DNA from: Glaucostegus cemiculus
Lineage: Eukaryota
DNA length: 64,000 nucleotides
Reading direction: 5' to 3'
Assembly (NCBI GenBank): GCA_976551045.1
Contig: CDPCPM010000281.1
Location: forward strand, 13,640,001 to 13,704,000
The notes beneath the pieces were generated by a model that had not been told where the DNA came from, ran no database searches, and saw nothing but the letters and a program-made list of their open reading frames with translations. Below, one piece after another: positions 26,250 to 39,924 of the stretch. The stretch's first letter is position 1, and every line of letters starts with the position of its first letter. The translations under genes and the position numbers were made by a program.

Positions 26250-26884
26250 ATTAACATAAGGAAGGTGTGCCAGAGTCTTTACTTTCTTAGAAGGTTAAGA
26301 AGGTTCAGCATGTCATTGAACATTCTAACACAGATCTACTGTAGAAAGTATTCTTACTGGTTGCATCATGGTCTGGTACGGCAATTCAAATGTGCAGGAA
26401 CGTAAGCTGCAGAGAGGAGTGGACTCAGCCTAATATATCACAGGCACATCCCTCCCCGCCATTGGTAGTATGATGATAGATGTTGCCTCAAGAAGGCAAC
26501 ATCAGTCATCAAAGATCCCCACCATCTGGGCCATGCCATCTTCTCACAGCTACCACTGGGCAGGAGGTACAGTAGCCTGATGTCCCAGACCGCCAGGTTC
26601 AAGAACAGCTACTTCCCCTTAACCATTTGGTTCTTGAACCAACTGGCATAACTGTAATCACTGTCTCAGTATAGCAACACTCTGACCACTTAGATTACTT
26701 TGCACTAAAATTGACTTTTTTTGTGTTTTAAATGTTCTTGTAAAAATTGTGTATAATTTATGTTTTTCTTGTGAATGCTGCTTATCTGATGCTTACATGC
26801 CTGTGACGTTGCTGCAATTAAGTTCTTCATTGTACCTGTGCACACATGTACTTTGCATGTGACAATAAACTCAACTTTGATCTT
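26250..26884 (+). mobile_element. Rex1/Babar LINE 3' fragment
   Basis: LYFLRRLRRF...ESILTGCI..WYG-type sequence and gtgacaataaa end. Confidence 0.85.
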
Positions 26885-27549
26885 GTTGAAGAAAAGGGGT
26901 TACAATGAGGGACAGCATCCTCACCGTGGCTTACTTCCAGAATGAACCTTAGTTCTCCAGTGAAACATTGAAACAACACAGAGAGCAGCTGAGTACATGC
27001 CACAATCTGCAAAGGGACACATATCCAGTATTAAACCAATAACATGTGTTGTAGGTTTATGTGAGCATGGGGGGGTGGGGGGGGAGTGGTGGGTGGTAAA
27101 TCTGTGGAAGGAGTCAGTGGGTATGAAATACAAAACAAATCCGTCTGTCAGATCTAACCCCAGCATTCAGGCAACAACTGGGGAACCAGGGAATCCTGCT
27201 GGAAGATCCAGGTTGGTAATTCATACATAGTGAGCCACTCATTTAACACAATATTAACTACTTAACCCAGGGGGTTTCCTGAATATGATTCACCAGAGTG
27301 GACACTGAGAAGCTGTCAGTTCAAGCTCATAATAAAAACTGCAGCTTCACCGCTGCTCTCTGGAGGAACATTGTGTAAGATTTATTCCCACAGGAGTTCT
27401 GATGGCCCATTCCTTAGCAAATTCAGAGTAATGTTTGAAAGGGTCAGTGCTGACCTTGTTGTTTAGTGTTCATGCTTCTAGACTTGCCTACTTGCTTCCT
27501 GCAGCCAGTAGTTCCACCAAGACTTGAAGGAGCTCAAGCAGCAACAGCT

Positions 27550-29045
27550 CCCACACAAATCCCATATCCTTTAATTCCCTTAATATCTAAAAAAAACCTC
27601 TGTCTGAATATACTCAGTGAATGAAGCTCTTTGGCAGAGAATTTCCAAATTCACTCCCCTGGATGGAGAAGTTTCTTTCATCTTAATCCCAAATGACCAA
27701 CCCCTTATTTTGAAATTGTTTGCCCAGTTCTAGACATCACACCCAAGCGAAACATCATCCCTGCATCAACCCCACCAGGCACTGTAAGACTTCTATATGT
27801 TTCAATGAGATCACTTTTCATTCTTCTAAACTTGAGAGTATATGGTCCAATCTACTCAGATGACAAAGTTGCCACCCAGGAATTAATCTGGTGAAGATCC
27901 TTCTTAGGTGGGGAGACCAGACTTGAACATGATATCTTGGTGCAGTCTCGCCAGGCCCTATATAATTGCAGTGAGATGTTTTAACTTTTGTACTCATATC
28001 CTCTTATAATAAAGGGCAACTACCACTGGCTTTCTAATTGCTTGTTGTGCCTGCATGCTAACTCTCAGTCATTCACTTACAAGGATACCCAGGTCCTTCT
28101 GAACATCGATACCTTTCAGTCCCATTCTATTTAAAAAATAAAAAATAATTTGGTAGAGAATAATTTTCTCTACCAGAGTTCACACCTGTTCACATTACAT
28201 TCCACCTGCCTTGTCCTTGCCCATTCACTTAGCCTGCCTATGACCTTGAAGGAACTTTGGGTTCTCCTCACAGCCCAAACTGTCATCCAGATTTGTATTA
28301 TCAGCAAAATCGGACACATTACACTTGGTCTGCTCTTTCATATCATTGATGTAGACTGCAAACAACTGGCGTCCCAGCACCCATTCCTGACATATCCACG
28401 GTGAGAGTCTCCAAAACTGAAATTGACTCATTTATTCCTACTCTCTGTTTTCTGTCTCGAATCAATCCTCATTCCACACCAGTACATTACCTCCAAACCC
28501 TTGTGCTCGAATAATCTCCTGTGTTGCACCTTATCGAAGGCCTTTGTAAAGTCCAGATGTACAACATTTACTGGTTCCTCCTTATCTATTCAACCTCAAA
28601 AAATGCTAACAGATGTTTTTAAAGTGATTCTACTCCTTCATTTCATGTCGGCTCTGTTCAATCTTATTATTATTTAATAAGTGCACCATTTCCACTTCCT
28701 TAGCAAAAGTTCCTATCATTTTCCCTACCACTGATGTCAGGCTAACTTGCTGTAGTACTTTATTTCTCTCCTTTTTTAAAAATGTTGGTAAATTTTTCTA
28801 CTTTCCAATCTGTGGAACGTTCTGGAATCTATGGAATTATGGAAGATGACAACCAACGCATCTATTATCATAATCACCACCTGTTTTAAAACCTTGGGAC
28901 ACTGGTCACTTATTAGCTTCCAGTCCCTTAAATTGTCTAATAATGCTTTTTTACATATGCTAATTTCTTTCAGATCTTCATTCAGTTTAGAGCTGTTGCT
29001 TCCATTATTTCCAGAATGTTTTCTCTGCCTTCTGTGAAGCAGACA
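27550..29045 (-). mobile_element. Degenerate CR1 ORF2
   Basis: YINDM...FADNT motif, IDALVVIFHNSIDS motif and rc of KAFDKV. Confidence 0.85.
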
Positions 29046-29101
29046 CATGATATTTACAGTAAAACTTAAATCAGGATGTAGCTGATAACTGTGATGTTCA
29101 C

Positions 29102-29388
29102 CTTCCCTGGTCTACTGTGGAGGCCATTATAGTGTTTGCAGCATAGAATCCGTGAGCAGGGCCCACTCTTCTGCTGTTGACTTTTGCAGCCATCTCCAGC
29201 CTCTTCTTGGTACTTGCTGAAGACTTTTCCCTACTTACTGTGGAAGATGGTGGGGCCACATGCAAGACACCAGCATGAATTTAGCAAAACATACAGGGGC
29301 AACATCGGCGCATCCTTGATCCATTTTGGTCTCGTCCTTCACAGTCTGGGTTCCTTCATGTGTAATGCTTCAATGTGACTCTAAGTAC
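29102..29388 (-). pseudogene. Exon remnant with putative transmembrane segment
   Basis: PKWIKDAPMLPLYVLLNSCWCLACGPTIFHSK* followed by polar KYQEEAGDG...; AG/GT bounded. Confidence 0.4.
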
Positions 29389-29810
29389 CTGAGCTGAAAC
29401 TTACACTCACTCCATCACTGTGTCTATTTCTCAAGCCTCAAAATGAGTTTATTGTCATATGCACAAGTGTGGTGAGGTACAGGTACAACAAAAAACTTGC
29501 ATGCAGCAGCGTTTGGCCAGTTGGTGAAAGAACCATGTTAAAGGGGCATCTGTATTAAATCTGCAGAGGCATAAAATTCCAGTCTCCCAGCCATGAGGGC
29601 ACTCCCACCCACCCACACCCCCTAGATCCCCATGAGCCAGGAATTGCCTTCTGAGATTGACTGAGATGGCAGGTTGAGAGTGGGAGATATTTATTATGTG
29701 AGGTGTTCAAACAGCATAGAGCCAAGGTTGGAAAGTGGAGCTGACATACCATCCAGCTCAGGAGTGACACGGCCTTTCCCTGTTTCAGCATTGCTATCAA
29801 TCAAAGTCAC

Positions 29811-29979
29811 CTATCAGATTGCCGTCAAGGGTGCATTTTCCACTGGAGCAATCCTGGCATGAAGCCTTGCCCACATGCAGCGCAACATGTTTCCGTTCAT
29901 TAACATTGGAAAAAATGCATCAACCTCAGCCCAGTCAGTAGTGTACATGGACCACGGCACAAAGCTGACAATCTCTTGA
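29811..29979 (-). pseudogene. Exon remnant SRDCQLC...G*CIFS...SCQDCSSGKCTLDGNLI(G), membrane-proximal Cys block
   Basis: ctctttgtggttttag acceptor and gtgact donor, 169 nt (phase 0 to 1); three in-frame TGA codons. Confidence 0.55.
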
Positions 29980-30289
29980 CTAAAACCACAAAGAGGAGAG
30001 TGAAAGAGCTGGAAAAAGTTGTCACACTGCTGCGTTGTGCACTGGGGAGAGGTTTGGGAGAATGTGTGGTTGGGTTGGTACAGGATGTTCTTTTCTAGGT
30101 TAGGGCTGAGTTTTATTCCGATGTAGTATATATCGAGTTTCATTCTCTTTTAATCCAGTTGGTGTCCATCTGTGGAGTCAAGGGTTAAAAGAGGTCATTG
30201 CATTTAGATGGTACCTTCCACAACTTTAAGATGTACCAAAGAACCTAATAGCATTTTTGAAGTCACTGGTGAAATGTATAAACTGGACG

Positions 30290-31230
30290 TTCTTTTTCAG
30301 TCATTCAGTTTTCAGGATGTGAGCATGAATTGTAGGGCTGGCATGTATTACCCCACTGTAACAGCCCCTGAGGAGGTGCTGGTGAGCCACCTTCTTGAAC
30401 CGCTGCAGTCCTTGCGGTGAAAGTACTCCCACAGGGCTGCTGAGTGGGGAGTTCCAGGATTTAGACCCAGGAACAATAACCAGAGATATATTTGCAAATC
30501 AGGTTGGTGAGGAGGGGAACTTGTAGAGGTGCTGCTGTTGACTTGCACCTGACGCCCTTGTCCTTCTTGGTGGTAGAAGTTGTGGGTCTGGGAACTGCTG
30601 CTGGGGAAGGTTGGTGAGTAACTGCAGTGCATTCTGTGAACATTGTGCGCCAGTGGTGAAGTGAATGAATATTTAGGTTGGTGGATGGGGTGCTAATCAA
30701 GCTGGCTGCTTTGCCCTCGGTGATGACAGGCTTTTTGAGAGCTGCTGGACCTGAACTCATACAGGCAAGTGGAGAGTACTCCATCACGGTTCTGCCTTTT
30801 ACACTGTAGATGATGTAAAGACTTCATGGTGCCAGGAGGCGAGTCACGTACTAGGTGCAGCCTCTGACCAGACAGGAGTCTGAAGACCCACACTCAACAA
30901 TTCAGGAACAGTTTCTTCCCCTCTGCCGTCAGATTTCTGAACAGTCAACGAACCCATGAACTCTACTTCATTACTCCTTTTTGCGCTATTTATTTATTTT
31001 GTAATTTATAGTAATTGTATGTTTTTGCACTGTACTGCTGCCGCAAAACAACAAATTTCATGACATATAAGTCACTGATAATAAATCTGATTCTGATTCT
31101 GAATCTGATTCTGGTTCAGGGAAGTCTTTGGTCAATGGTGACCCCAGATGTTGATGGTGAGGGTAATGCCATTGAAAATCAAGGGTAGGTGATTTGACTC
31201 TCTCTTGTTGGAAGTGGTCATTGCCTGGTA
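30290..31230 (-). mobile_element. Old LINE fragment interrupted by a Rex1/Babar tail
   Basis: VMEYSPLACMSS motif; the sequence resumes after 31113. Confidence 0.75.
30871..31112 (+). mobile_element. Rex1/Babar 3' end
   Basis: aggagtctgaagacccacactcaa...aataaa(tctgat)n. Confidence 0.88.
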
Positions 31231-31589
31231 TTCCCATCAGCACATGCATTCAAACCAGACCAATGAGGGCTAATTCGAAGTGTCTATGTTTCTCGCCTCA
31301 AAGAGGTGAGTAGATATTGGTTGGTGTCATTTTCAGACTGTTCTGTTGGCTGCTCAAAAAAGAGGCTGGGCGAGATCTGACACATATTTTCATGCCTTCT
31401 AAATTGGAGCAGTGGTTGTCACTGAAAGGAATATTTTTAAAAGCTAAAACTGGTGATGTGGAGCAAGGAGGATCCTTAATGTTCTACTTAACTCTGAAGT
31501 AGTCTGCCCTTTCTCTGCAAGGACACTCCGTCTAGTTCTTCCTGTGACGTGGTTTTAATCACTACCAGTGGGGCTAGTGGTCTGATAGT

Positions 31590-32000
31590 CAAATCTCTAG
31601 CTGCCCGTTGGGCTGAGTTGATTGCATGGCTGAGTAGGCTCTTGAAACAGATGCTCTGTTCTGAGTTCTGTTGTGGGAGGAGATTACCAGGAGGATAGAG
31701 AAATAGATTCAAAGATGTGCAATAAGCTTCCTTGAAGAAGTGCGACATCCCCATTCCTGGGAACCCCTGGCCCACGATCACTCAAAGGGGAGAAAGAACC
31801 AGGATGGTATTAAGGATCTTGAGGCCAGAAGCACACAGAAAACCTTCACAAGTGGTAGAAGGACCACACCACCTCACGAACTACCCACTTGGTTGCCCCA
31901 TCTGTCACCTTCTGGCTCATTTGGTGAAGAATCTGCAGTTTACACGTTGGATTCATCAGTCACCTCAGAATCACCAAGAACAAAGCATTTCAGCCTCGAT
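31590..32000 (+). mobile_element. RTE-clade LINE 3' fragment
   Basis: RLLKQML.SE...GRRLPGG*RNRFKD..ASLKKCDIP..SWEPLAHD and a terminal C2H2-like CPIC...SHLR. Confidence 0.75.
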
Positions 32001-32249
32001 CTCAGGGACTGATACACAGAGAGTAAAGCTGGACACTTGTTAACAGAGAAAGCAGGAACTGCTGCTTTTTTGCAGGATCAGAAATTAACTGCAACAAAGA
32101 GAAGTAAAATTGATAAGGCAAAGGGTGGTGATTGGAGGTGATGGTGGCGAAAGGATGTTGGGGTGTGGACTGAGGATACAGCGTTAGGTGGGGGGGAGAA
32201 AGAGCAGTAATAAAATCACTGTCGGTAGGGTATGACAAAGGGTCAGTAA

Positions 32250-34420
32250 GTAGTGGAGACCGTATGTGTGAAATTCAAAAATAGAATATGATTTTAAATT
32301 GTACTTGGCACTCTGCAGCTGCGATGTGACAGAATGTACAAATGCACAGATTAGACAAGCATATAATAAAAGCCCAAGGGTATTAAAGAGGAAGTTAAAC
32401 TTTCATGTGGATTGGATAAGCAGATACATGAACGGTAATGAGTTTCTTCAGGACATTCAGGATATTTTTTTGCAACAATACACCCTGAAACAAACAAAGG
32501 GTTAAGACAAGATTATAATTAGCAATGATCAGTTAACTAGATTGAATTGACTGCCTAACATCACCTGATCATCTATCCAAAAGTTATTCCAATATGATTG
32601 TGTTCATTGCTGCATTTGAATGGAAGAACTATGAAACAAAGATTCTGGATTTAGATAAAGCTGTGAGGCTGAGATTATCAATAATAAACAAGACAAATCT
32701 GTTGATGGGTAAAATGACAAAAGATCAGTGGGAAATGTTCATTAAAGCATGTGATGCAACACAACTTAAACGTTTAATGGGGAAGAGAAAAGGGACAACA
32801 TGGAACTAACAAAGCAAAATGTAAAATTTGCCACAGATTCTTATGAATGGGAGAGATGCAAATGTCAACAAAAGAGACAGAACAGATACGTAGAGCGACA
32901 GAAAGAAATCCACAAGAGATGTCAAAATTAACGAAAATTAGATCTATAATTATATCAGAAGAAAGGTGGTCAGAGAAACATAGGCCCTCTGAAAACTGTT
33001 CATGAAAATAAGGCAGGCATTTTGTCTGGCACCAGATGAACAACCTACCACAGGGAACATTTGATCTGGTTTATAATTCAGGGAGAGGATGGCAAGCATA
33101 ACATCCTGAGGAACTAATGTAGAATTAGGGATAAGCAAAATAATATTAATGAAGAAAATAGTGGTACACAAGCATGACAAATCCGCAAGACCAAACTATT
33201 CCTAATCCAAAGCTTTAAACATCAATCCCTAACCACAATATGACAAAGAATTTTTTGATTCAGGAACTGATTTGTTAGATTGAAACATGGTGCATGTCAC
33301 GCCATTATCTAAGAGAAAACAGTAATTTTCAGAAGACTTACCCAAAGATTTGTTGAGAGAAAATTATTTGAATCTGTATTTCAGGGGAGAGTGACTTCAC
33401 AACTTGACGATGTTCAGCTGATTAGAGGGAGTCAATATCAATTTGTAAAATGTGGGCCAAGTCTAATGAGTCTGATTGAACTATATGAAGAGCTGTTTAA
33501 ACCAATGTACAAGGGTATTGCCATCTTTGAGTACTTCCAGAGGTGTTCGATAAAGCCCCTGTCAGGAGATGAAAGTGAAGTTGGACCTCATGGAATCAAA
33601 GGCAAACTATGTGCTAGTTTAGAAAACTGGCTGAGTGGCAGGAGGCAGTAAGGATGATTGTTGGGTGCTGTAATTGGTAGGATGTGGTTTGTAGTATCTT
33701 GTAAGGATATGAGATAGAAAGCTATATTTCCTCGGTTACCAATGACATTATGATAGGCTGTATCATAAATGTTGTAGAGAACAATATAATATTGTAGAGA
33801 GAAGAATAAGAGGGGATCTTAGAGAAACCTATAACATTATGAAAGGGATAGATAAGTTAGAGGCAGGAAAGTTGTTTCCACTGGTAGGTGAGACTAGAAC
33901 CAGGGGGCAGAGCCTCAAGATTCGGGGAAATAGATTTAGGATGGAGATGAGGAGAAACAGCTTTTCCCAGAGAGTAGTGAATCTATGGAATTCTCTGCCC
34001 AGGGAAGCAGTAGACACTTCCTCATTAAATATATTAAAGGCACGGTTAGATTTTTGCATAGTAGGGGAATGGAGGGTTATGCGGAAAAGACAGGTAGGTG
34101 GAGCTGAGTCCACGGCCAGATCAGCCATGAACTTATTGAATGGTGGAGCAGGCTCGATGGGCCAGATGGCCAACTCCTGCTCCTATTGCTTATGTTCTTA
34201 TAAACTGACATTGAGATTAATAATAGGTTAAAAAGAATTGTCAAAAAATGTAACAAATGGATTTCAATGTAGGAAAATGTGAAGTCATCCAACTTGGACA
34301 AGAAAAGGATAGAACAAAATTCTTTCTAAATGGTGAAAATCTAGAAGCAGTGGCGAGCCGAAGAAAACCATGTAGATTGATCATTAAAGGACACGGATAG
34401 GAAATAATCAGAATTGGCTA
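32250..34420 (+). mobile_element. Very old CR1 ORF2 remnant
   Basis: FHVDW..GNEFL..IQD.FLQQY (endonuclease), SQYQFVK..SLMSLIELYEE and LENWLSGRRQ motifs. Confidence 0.7.
33800..34201 (+). mobile_element. Young CR1 3' fragment nested in the old CR1
   Basis: MKGIDKLEAGKLFPLVGETRTRG...FSQRVVNLWNSLP open frame; (ttatgttc) tail. Confidence 0.92.
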
Positions 34421-34871
34421 ACTGAATGATGCCAAAGATATCCACTGGGCCAGAATACAAATTATGCTCCAGCCCTGTTTAACTTGCACTGAGATTACAG
34501 TGAGCAGCTCCGGAACTGCACTTTCGGAAAATGGACTGTGTGGGGAATGTAGGACTGAGACAGAGTCTAAACATTGAGGCAGGGTTTTCAGGAGTGAGTT
34601 TAGGAGAAGAAATAGACAAGAATAGTTCTGCAAACTTCAGTTGATGAAAGGCTAATTGTTAATTTTAAATCTGAGGTAGATTATTATTAACCGAAGGAAT
34701 GGGAAGATATGGATACATATTGTTTAATCCACTGTCATTCTCTTCCCAGAATACCCACTTTCAGAATGTCCTGCACATTCCTATGTTATTTCCGTTTACC
34801 TCTTTTCCCTTGTTCAACTACATTATTTTCTATTTCCTTTCATTTCTTTGATCAAGCATCTACCAAAATTT

Positions 34872-35135
34872 GGGCGGCACGATAGCATAGCAGTTAGCGC
34901 GACGCTGTTACAGCGCCAGTGATCGGGGTTTGATTCCTGTCGCTGACTGTAAGGAGTTTGTACGTTCTCCCGTATCTGCGTGGGTTTCCTCCGGGTGCTC
35001 TGGTTTCCTCCCACAGTCTAAAAGACGTACGGGTAGGTTAATTTGGGGGTTTAAAATGGGCAGTGAGGACTCGTTGGGCCGAAAGGGCCTGTTACCAAGC
35101 TGTAAATAAAAAGAAAATATAAAAAAAAATTTAAA
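34872..35135 (+). mobile_element. V-SINE (HE1-like), same subfamily as the 3718 copy
   Basis: Near-identical to 3718-3960. Confidence 0.9.
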
Positions 35136-35149
35136 ATCCCTTACTTCCA

Positions 35150-35822
35150 CTTCACTGTTAGAGAATTGTTCTCCATTTTCATCTTCTCTAGGTTTCCATT
35201 ACCCTGAGCATTCATCCTTTTATCATTTAATCGCTGCTGCCTTCTACTCTATCACAGACCTTTCACTTTGTTATTCTACCTGTTCCTTACCCTTTACTGC
35301 ATCTTCCAACCTCTCTCTGTTTCATTATTCCAACTTCTGATGAAAGGTCTTCAATTTGAATGTTAACTTTGTTTCTCTGGGGTTTTTTTGTATACACCCA
35401 TGTGAACATCATGTGGTCTTGGGACATAGAATTACCATCAAGTGTATATAAATATATGTATTCACCATCAGTAGAGAGTTCCTTGCTATTAGAATAGAAT
35501 AAATACCTTGTTTGAAGCTCCTGTGACTTGTAGCTCTTATTGTAAGTGAAACCTATTAGAATCCCAGCAGTAGCTGAGGTAGATCTTTGCTTTTATTACA
35601 ATGACTCTCTCCATCCATGCTACCTGATCTTTTTAGTATTTCCAGCACTTTGTATTTCCCTTCATATGGTTGGTATATCCAGTCAGACCAGAGGTAGGTA
35701 ATGGCCTAAAAGTACAAAACTACAGATGTGGACACCTGAAATAAAAACCAAGCATGTTGGAAATACTCAGCAGGTGGGATAGCGCCTGTGGAGAGGGAAA
35801 CAGAGCGAATGTTTCAGGGCAA
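35150..35822. mobile_element. Penelope terminal fragments in both orientations
   Basis: ttctgatgaaaggtc...gttaac.ttgtttctct and tatttccagcac, then the inverted gttggaaatactcagcagg...gagggaaacagag. Confidence 0.55.
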
Positions 35823-36889
35823 CAAAGTAGTTACGAGTTCTAATGAAAGTGGCCATGATCTCCCTGAATAGCAGAAGACCCAAGGAAGGGCAGATCCTCC
35901 TGCCCCGACATTCCTTTATCAATGGAAAGTACATTCATCACAACTGGCATCTCAAGCAATAAACTCAGAAGAAAGAAGCTTGCAGAAGCAGTTGAACCAC
36001 AGGTCAGCCATGATCTAATTAAATGGCAGAAAAAACATTTGGAGCTGAACATCTTGCTCTTGTACCTCAGTAAAAATAATAAAAGGACCAAAACGAGACT
36101 CACTTCCTCCAACAGACCTTGCCACCCTCATCTAAAGATAACATTAGAGTCTTACCGCTCAACTGCACCATCAATAGCTTGTTGACTTGCACTGGATTGA
36201 GTTCCTAAGCCAACGCATTGCTCTCATTAAATCAGGCATTTGGTTTCGACTCTCTATCTAATTATGGTCATTGTTTTTCAGCAAAAGAATGTGCAGTATG
36301 AGTTTAACACTGGTCTTCAGTGAGGGCTATCATGGTCCAAAGTCAATTTCTGAATTAAAGTTAGTGTTTTTAACTTCAGCAGTTTTGGTTTCTCGGCTAC
36401 CCGCGGGCCTCTTGCGGTGTCGTGTTCTGATAGTGAATGAATGTTTTAGGTGAAATCTAACGGGAACTATTTCCAATCTGATTATATTGCTTCCGATTTG
36501 GCAGAAGTCATTGTTATGCTTAGCTTATAGCAAAACATAGGAGAAATAAAAAAAATGGAAAGGATGTGTTTTTGCTTCGGAAGGACTTAATAGGGAAGAA
36601 ATCTGCCACTAGATCCACCATGAAATTCGAAACAGATTTTAGTCCCACAACTATTCCAAGGTAGAATGTTTTCAAAAAACATTCCAAAAGAAAGTATTTG
36701 TAGGATGATCGAAAGCTACAAATCAGAAGGAAAAAGAGTTTTTTCCGTCCTATGTTATCTCAAGGGCTGTGTGATTGAGGATGTAGTGCTTTGAACGAGG
36801 AGTTAATCCAACAGGTGAGATAAATCTAGGCCTGATCTGAATAATAAAGAAATTACTTGCCCTTCACCTTCTAATCTAAACTGCTGCAG

Positions 36890-37445
36890 ATCAAGTCACA
36901 GAATCATCGAGAATTTATGTCACAGAAGGAGGCCATTTGGTCCATTGTATTCGTGCTGCTGTAAAAGAGTTACCCAACTAAACCCACTCTCTAGCACCCC
37001 AGGTACCATCTAATGTGATGGGGATTTCTGCTTATACCATCCTTTCAGGCAGTGAGTGGGTTCCAGATCCCTACCATCTTCTGAGCATAAAAAAGATTCC
37101 TCATTTACCCTCAAAACCTTCTACCAATTTTTAAAAAATTATGTCCCTTGGTTTTGACCCCTTAGCCAAGTGTAGTAGGTCCTTTTTACTTAACAAGCCT
37201 AGGCCCCACATAATTTTATACACCTTGATTAAGGGTCCCTTCAGCCTAACAGGCAGTTCCAGTAGAACCTCCCTGCTCTTACAATCAATGTCTCCATTAA
37301 TAATGAAAAGCAGCCTGTGTGCCTTTGTAGCTTCCTTATATAACCAATGCTGCTACCCTTAAGGACCTGTGGATGTGTTCCAAGGACTTCCTGTTCCTCC
37401 ACTTTTCCAATATTCTCCACTTCCCTGCCTTGGTTCACCAGCTCA
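36890..37445 (-). mobile_element. Degenerate CR1 3' fragment
   Basis: cacagaaggaggccattt tail and ataattttatacacct. Confidence 0.7.
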
Positions 37446-37814
37446 AATGCAGAACATGAAAATGTACAGACTCAGCTGTTGTGAGGTTTGTGAAATCCCA
37501 GTTTCCTGAAGATTCACTATCTGATTGTAGTTAATGTCATTGAAGAGATACCTTGATAATTCAATATTTTTCAAACACTGACATAATTAGCCCACTCTCA
37601 GTCCATTGCAATGTTATGAAATATTGGTCAGTGTTGCTATGAATGAACTACTCACTGATGCCCAGTCTGAGTTCTGACTTCATCAGAGGCTTGGTTCAAA
37701 TATGGACCAAAGAACTGACTATCAGAAGTGAGTCGAGAGTGACTGCTTGTGTTATCAAGGCAGCACTTGAGTGAGTGTGGTTAAACCAAAGTCAATGGGC
37801 ATTAACGAGCAAAA

Positions 37815-39662
37815 ACTGCAAAGCAGGTCAAGGATAATGTTAAATCAACAAGTAGGACAATGTAGCAAGGGCTAATGGTAGACCAGAGAAATAGCAAATT
37901 TTCTGGAACCAGCAATGAAAGAATAAAAAGCTGATAAGAATGGAGAATAATGATTTTTAGAGAAAACCTGCCTAAATATCAAAACAAACGCTCTAAGTTT
38001 CTATGGATATATAAAAAGGCAGAGGGTGGCTAATGTTAGTGTGGGACACCTAGAGGAATTAAGAAGCAAGGAACCAAGGTTTTGTACTCATCTTCACGAT
38101 GGAGGACACTGCAAATATTTTTCTGATAATAGATAGGCTAACTTCAGGTAGCATGGAAGAACTTGTAAAAGTCCCAGTCATGAGGGACAAAATTTATGGG
38201 ACTAAAGGCAGACAAGTTGCCAGGTCCTGGTGGTCTGCACCCAAGAGTAGAAAAGGAGGTGGCTGCAGAGAATGTGGACGCATTGGATGATGTTTTTCAA
38301 AACCCGCTGAATTCTAGGAGATTATTAGTGGATTAGAAAATAACACCTCACTCTTGTTCAAGAAATGAGGAAGACAAAAGGTGGGAAATAAAGGATTGTG
38401 AGTTTAACATCTAGATGCGAGATTCTATAATCAAGAAGGAAATAGCTGATCATTTAGGAAAGCTTAATATAATCAAACAAAGACAACATGTTTTCATGAC
38501 AGTAATGTTTGACAAATTTACTTGAGTTCTTTGAGGAGCAGAATAAGTATATTTGAGGAGCAGATGTGGTATATTTGGACTTTCAAAAGACATTTGACAA
38601 GGTGCCACATAAAAGGCTGGTACATAAGTTAGGAACTAATAGTAATGGAGGGGATGTGTTAGTATGGATTGAAAATAGAAAACAGAGAGTTGAAATAAAT
38701 GGCTTTTTTTCAAGTTGGAAGGATGTAAACTAGTGGCAGTTCTTGGCTCTCAATTATTTACTGTTTATATTAATAATCTGGAGGAGGGAACAAAATGTAA
38801 GGTTTCCAAGTTTGCCAATGATATAAAAATAGAGGGAAGGGCAAATTATGATGAGGGTATTTTGACTGCAGCAGGATATAAATAGACTGGGTGAATGGGC
38901 AAAAACTTGGCAAATGGAACTTAATGCAGGGAAGTGTGAGGTTATACACTTTGTAAGAGGAATCAAAAGGCAGATTATTAGCCAAATGGAAAGAGACTGC
39001 AAATATGTGAAGTTCAGGGGGATCTAGGTGTTCTAGTGCATGAATCACAAAAACTTAGCTGGCAGACCCAACATGTAGTTAAGAGGGCAAATGGAATATT
39101 GGTCTTTATTGCAAAGGGGTTGGAGTTTAGTAATAGGAAAGTTTTATTACAGATGTACAGGGTATTGGTGAGGCCACTCCTGGAATACCGTGCACAGTTT
39201 TGGTCCCCTTAGCTAAGAAATGATATAGTAGCATTGGATGTAGTCCAAGGTAGATTCATGAGGCTAATTCAGGGCAGGTTAAACAGACTGGGTCTGTATT
39301 CTTTGGTTTAGAAGAATGAGGGGTGATCTCATTGAAACACATAAGGTCCTAAGGGGGTCCTTGACAGGACAGAGGTTGAGATGTTTTCACTAGTGGGAGA
39401 GTCTTGAACAAGGGGCCATAGTTATAAAACAAGGGGGCAGTCATTTAAAACTGGTGGCCATAGAAAGTTCTTACAAAGTTCTTTCTGGAGTTGTGAAGAC
39501 CAGTGCATTAGAAGTAGCAAAAGTGGAAGAAGATACAGTTTTGAAAGATCGGGGGGTTGAGGAGGAGTTGAGACCTGGGGTAGATCAGTCATGCTCATAT
39601 TGAATGGTGGAGCAGGCCTGCTGCTTACTCCTGCTCCTGTCTTCTTGTCCTCTTGTGTGTTC
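37815..39662 (+). mobile_element. Degenerate CR1 ORF2 plus tail nested in the old LINE
   Basis: DVVYLDFQKTFDKVPH, SKFAND and LVRPLLEY motifs. Confidence 0.88.
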
Positions 39663-39924
39663 AATAGCTGAAGTCATATCTTGCACACAGGTGGTTGGAG
39701 GTTAAACATCCCAGCCTCAGGATATCAATGCAGGTGTTTCACAGGGCAGTGTCCTTGGCCCAACCACCTTCAGCTGCTCTCCCTCGAGAAGGCTTGATTC
39801 GGCTTGATCACTGCTGTCCTTTCATTTTATGCCCCTTTTCTGTAAGAACACTCCTTTCCTGTACCATTACCCCAGGTCTACTTGCTGCAAGGCTCTCAGA
39901 CTTTGACCTGCTCTTGTAGCCACA

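Noticed and set aside
29811-29979. TNF-receptor-like cysteine-rich domain (DCQLC...YTTDW)
   Set aside because: It needs two frameshifts to assemble; context favours the GCC2/GCC3-repeat protein interpretation.
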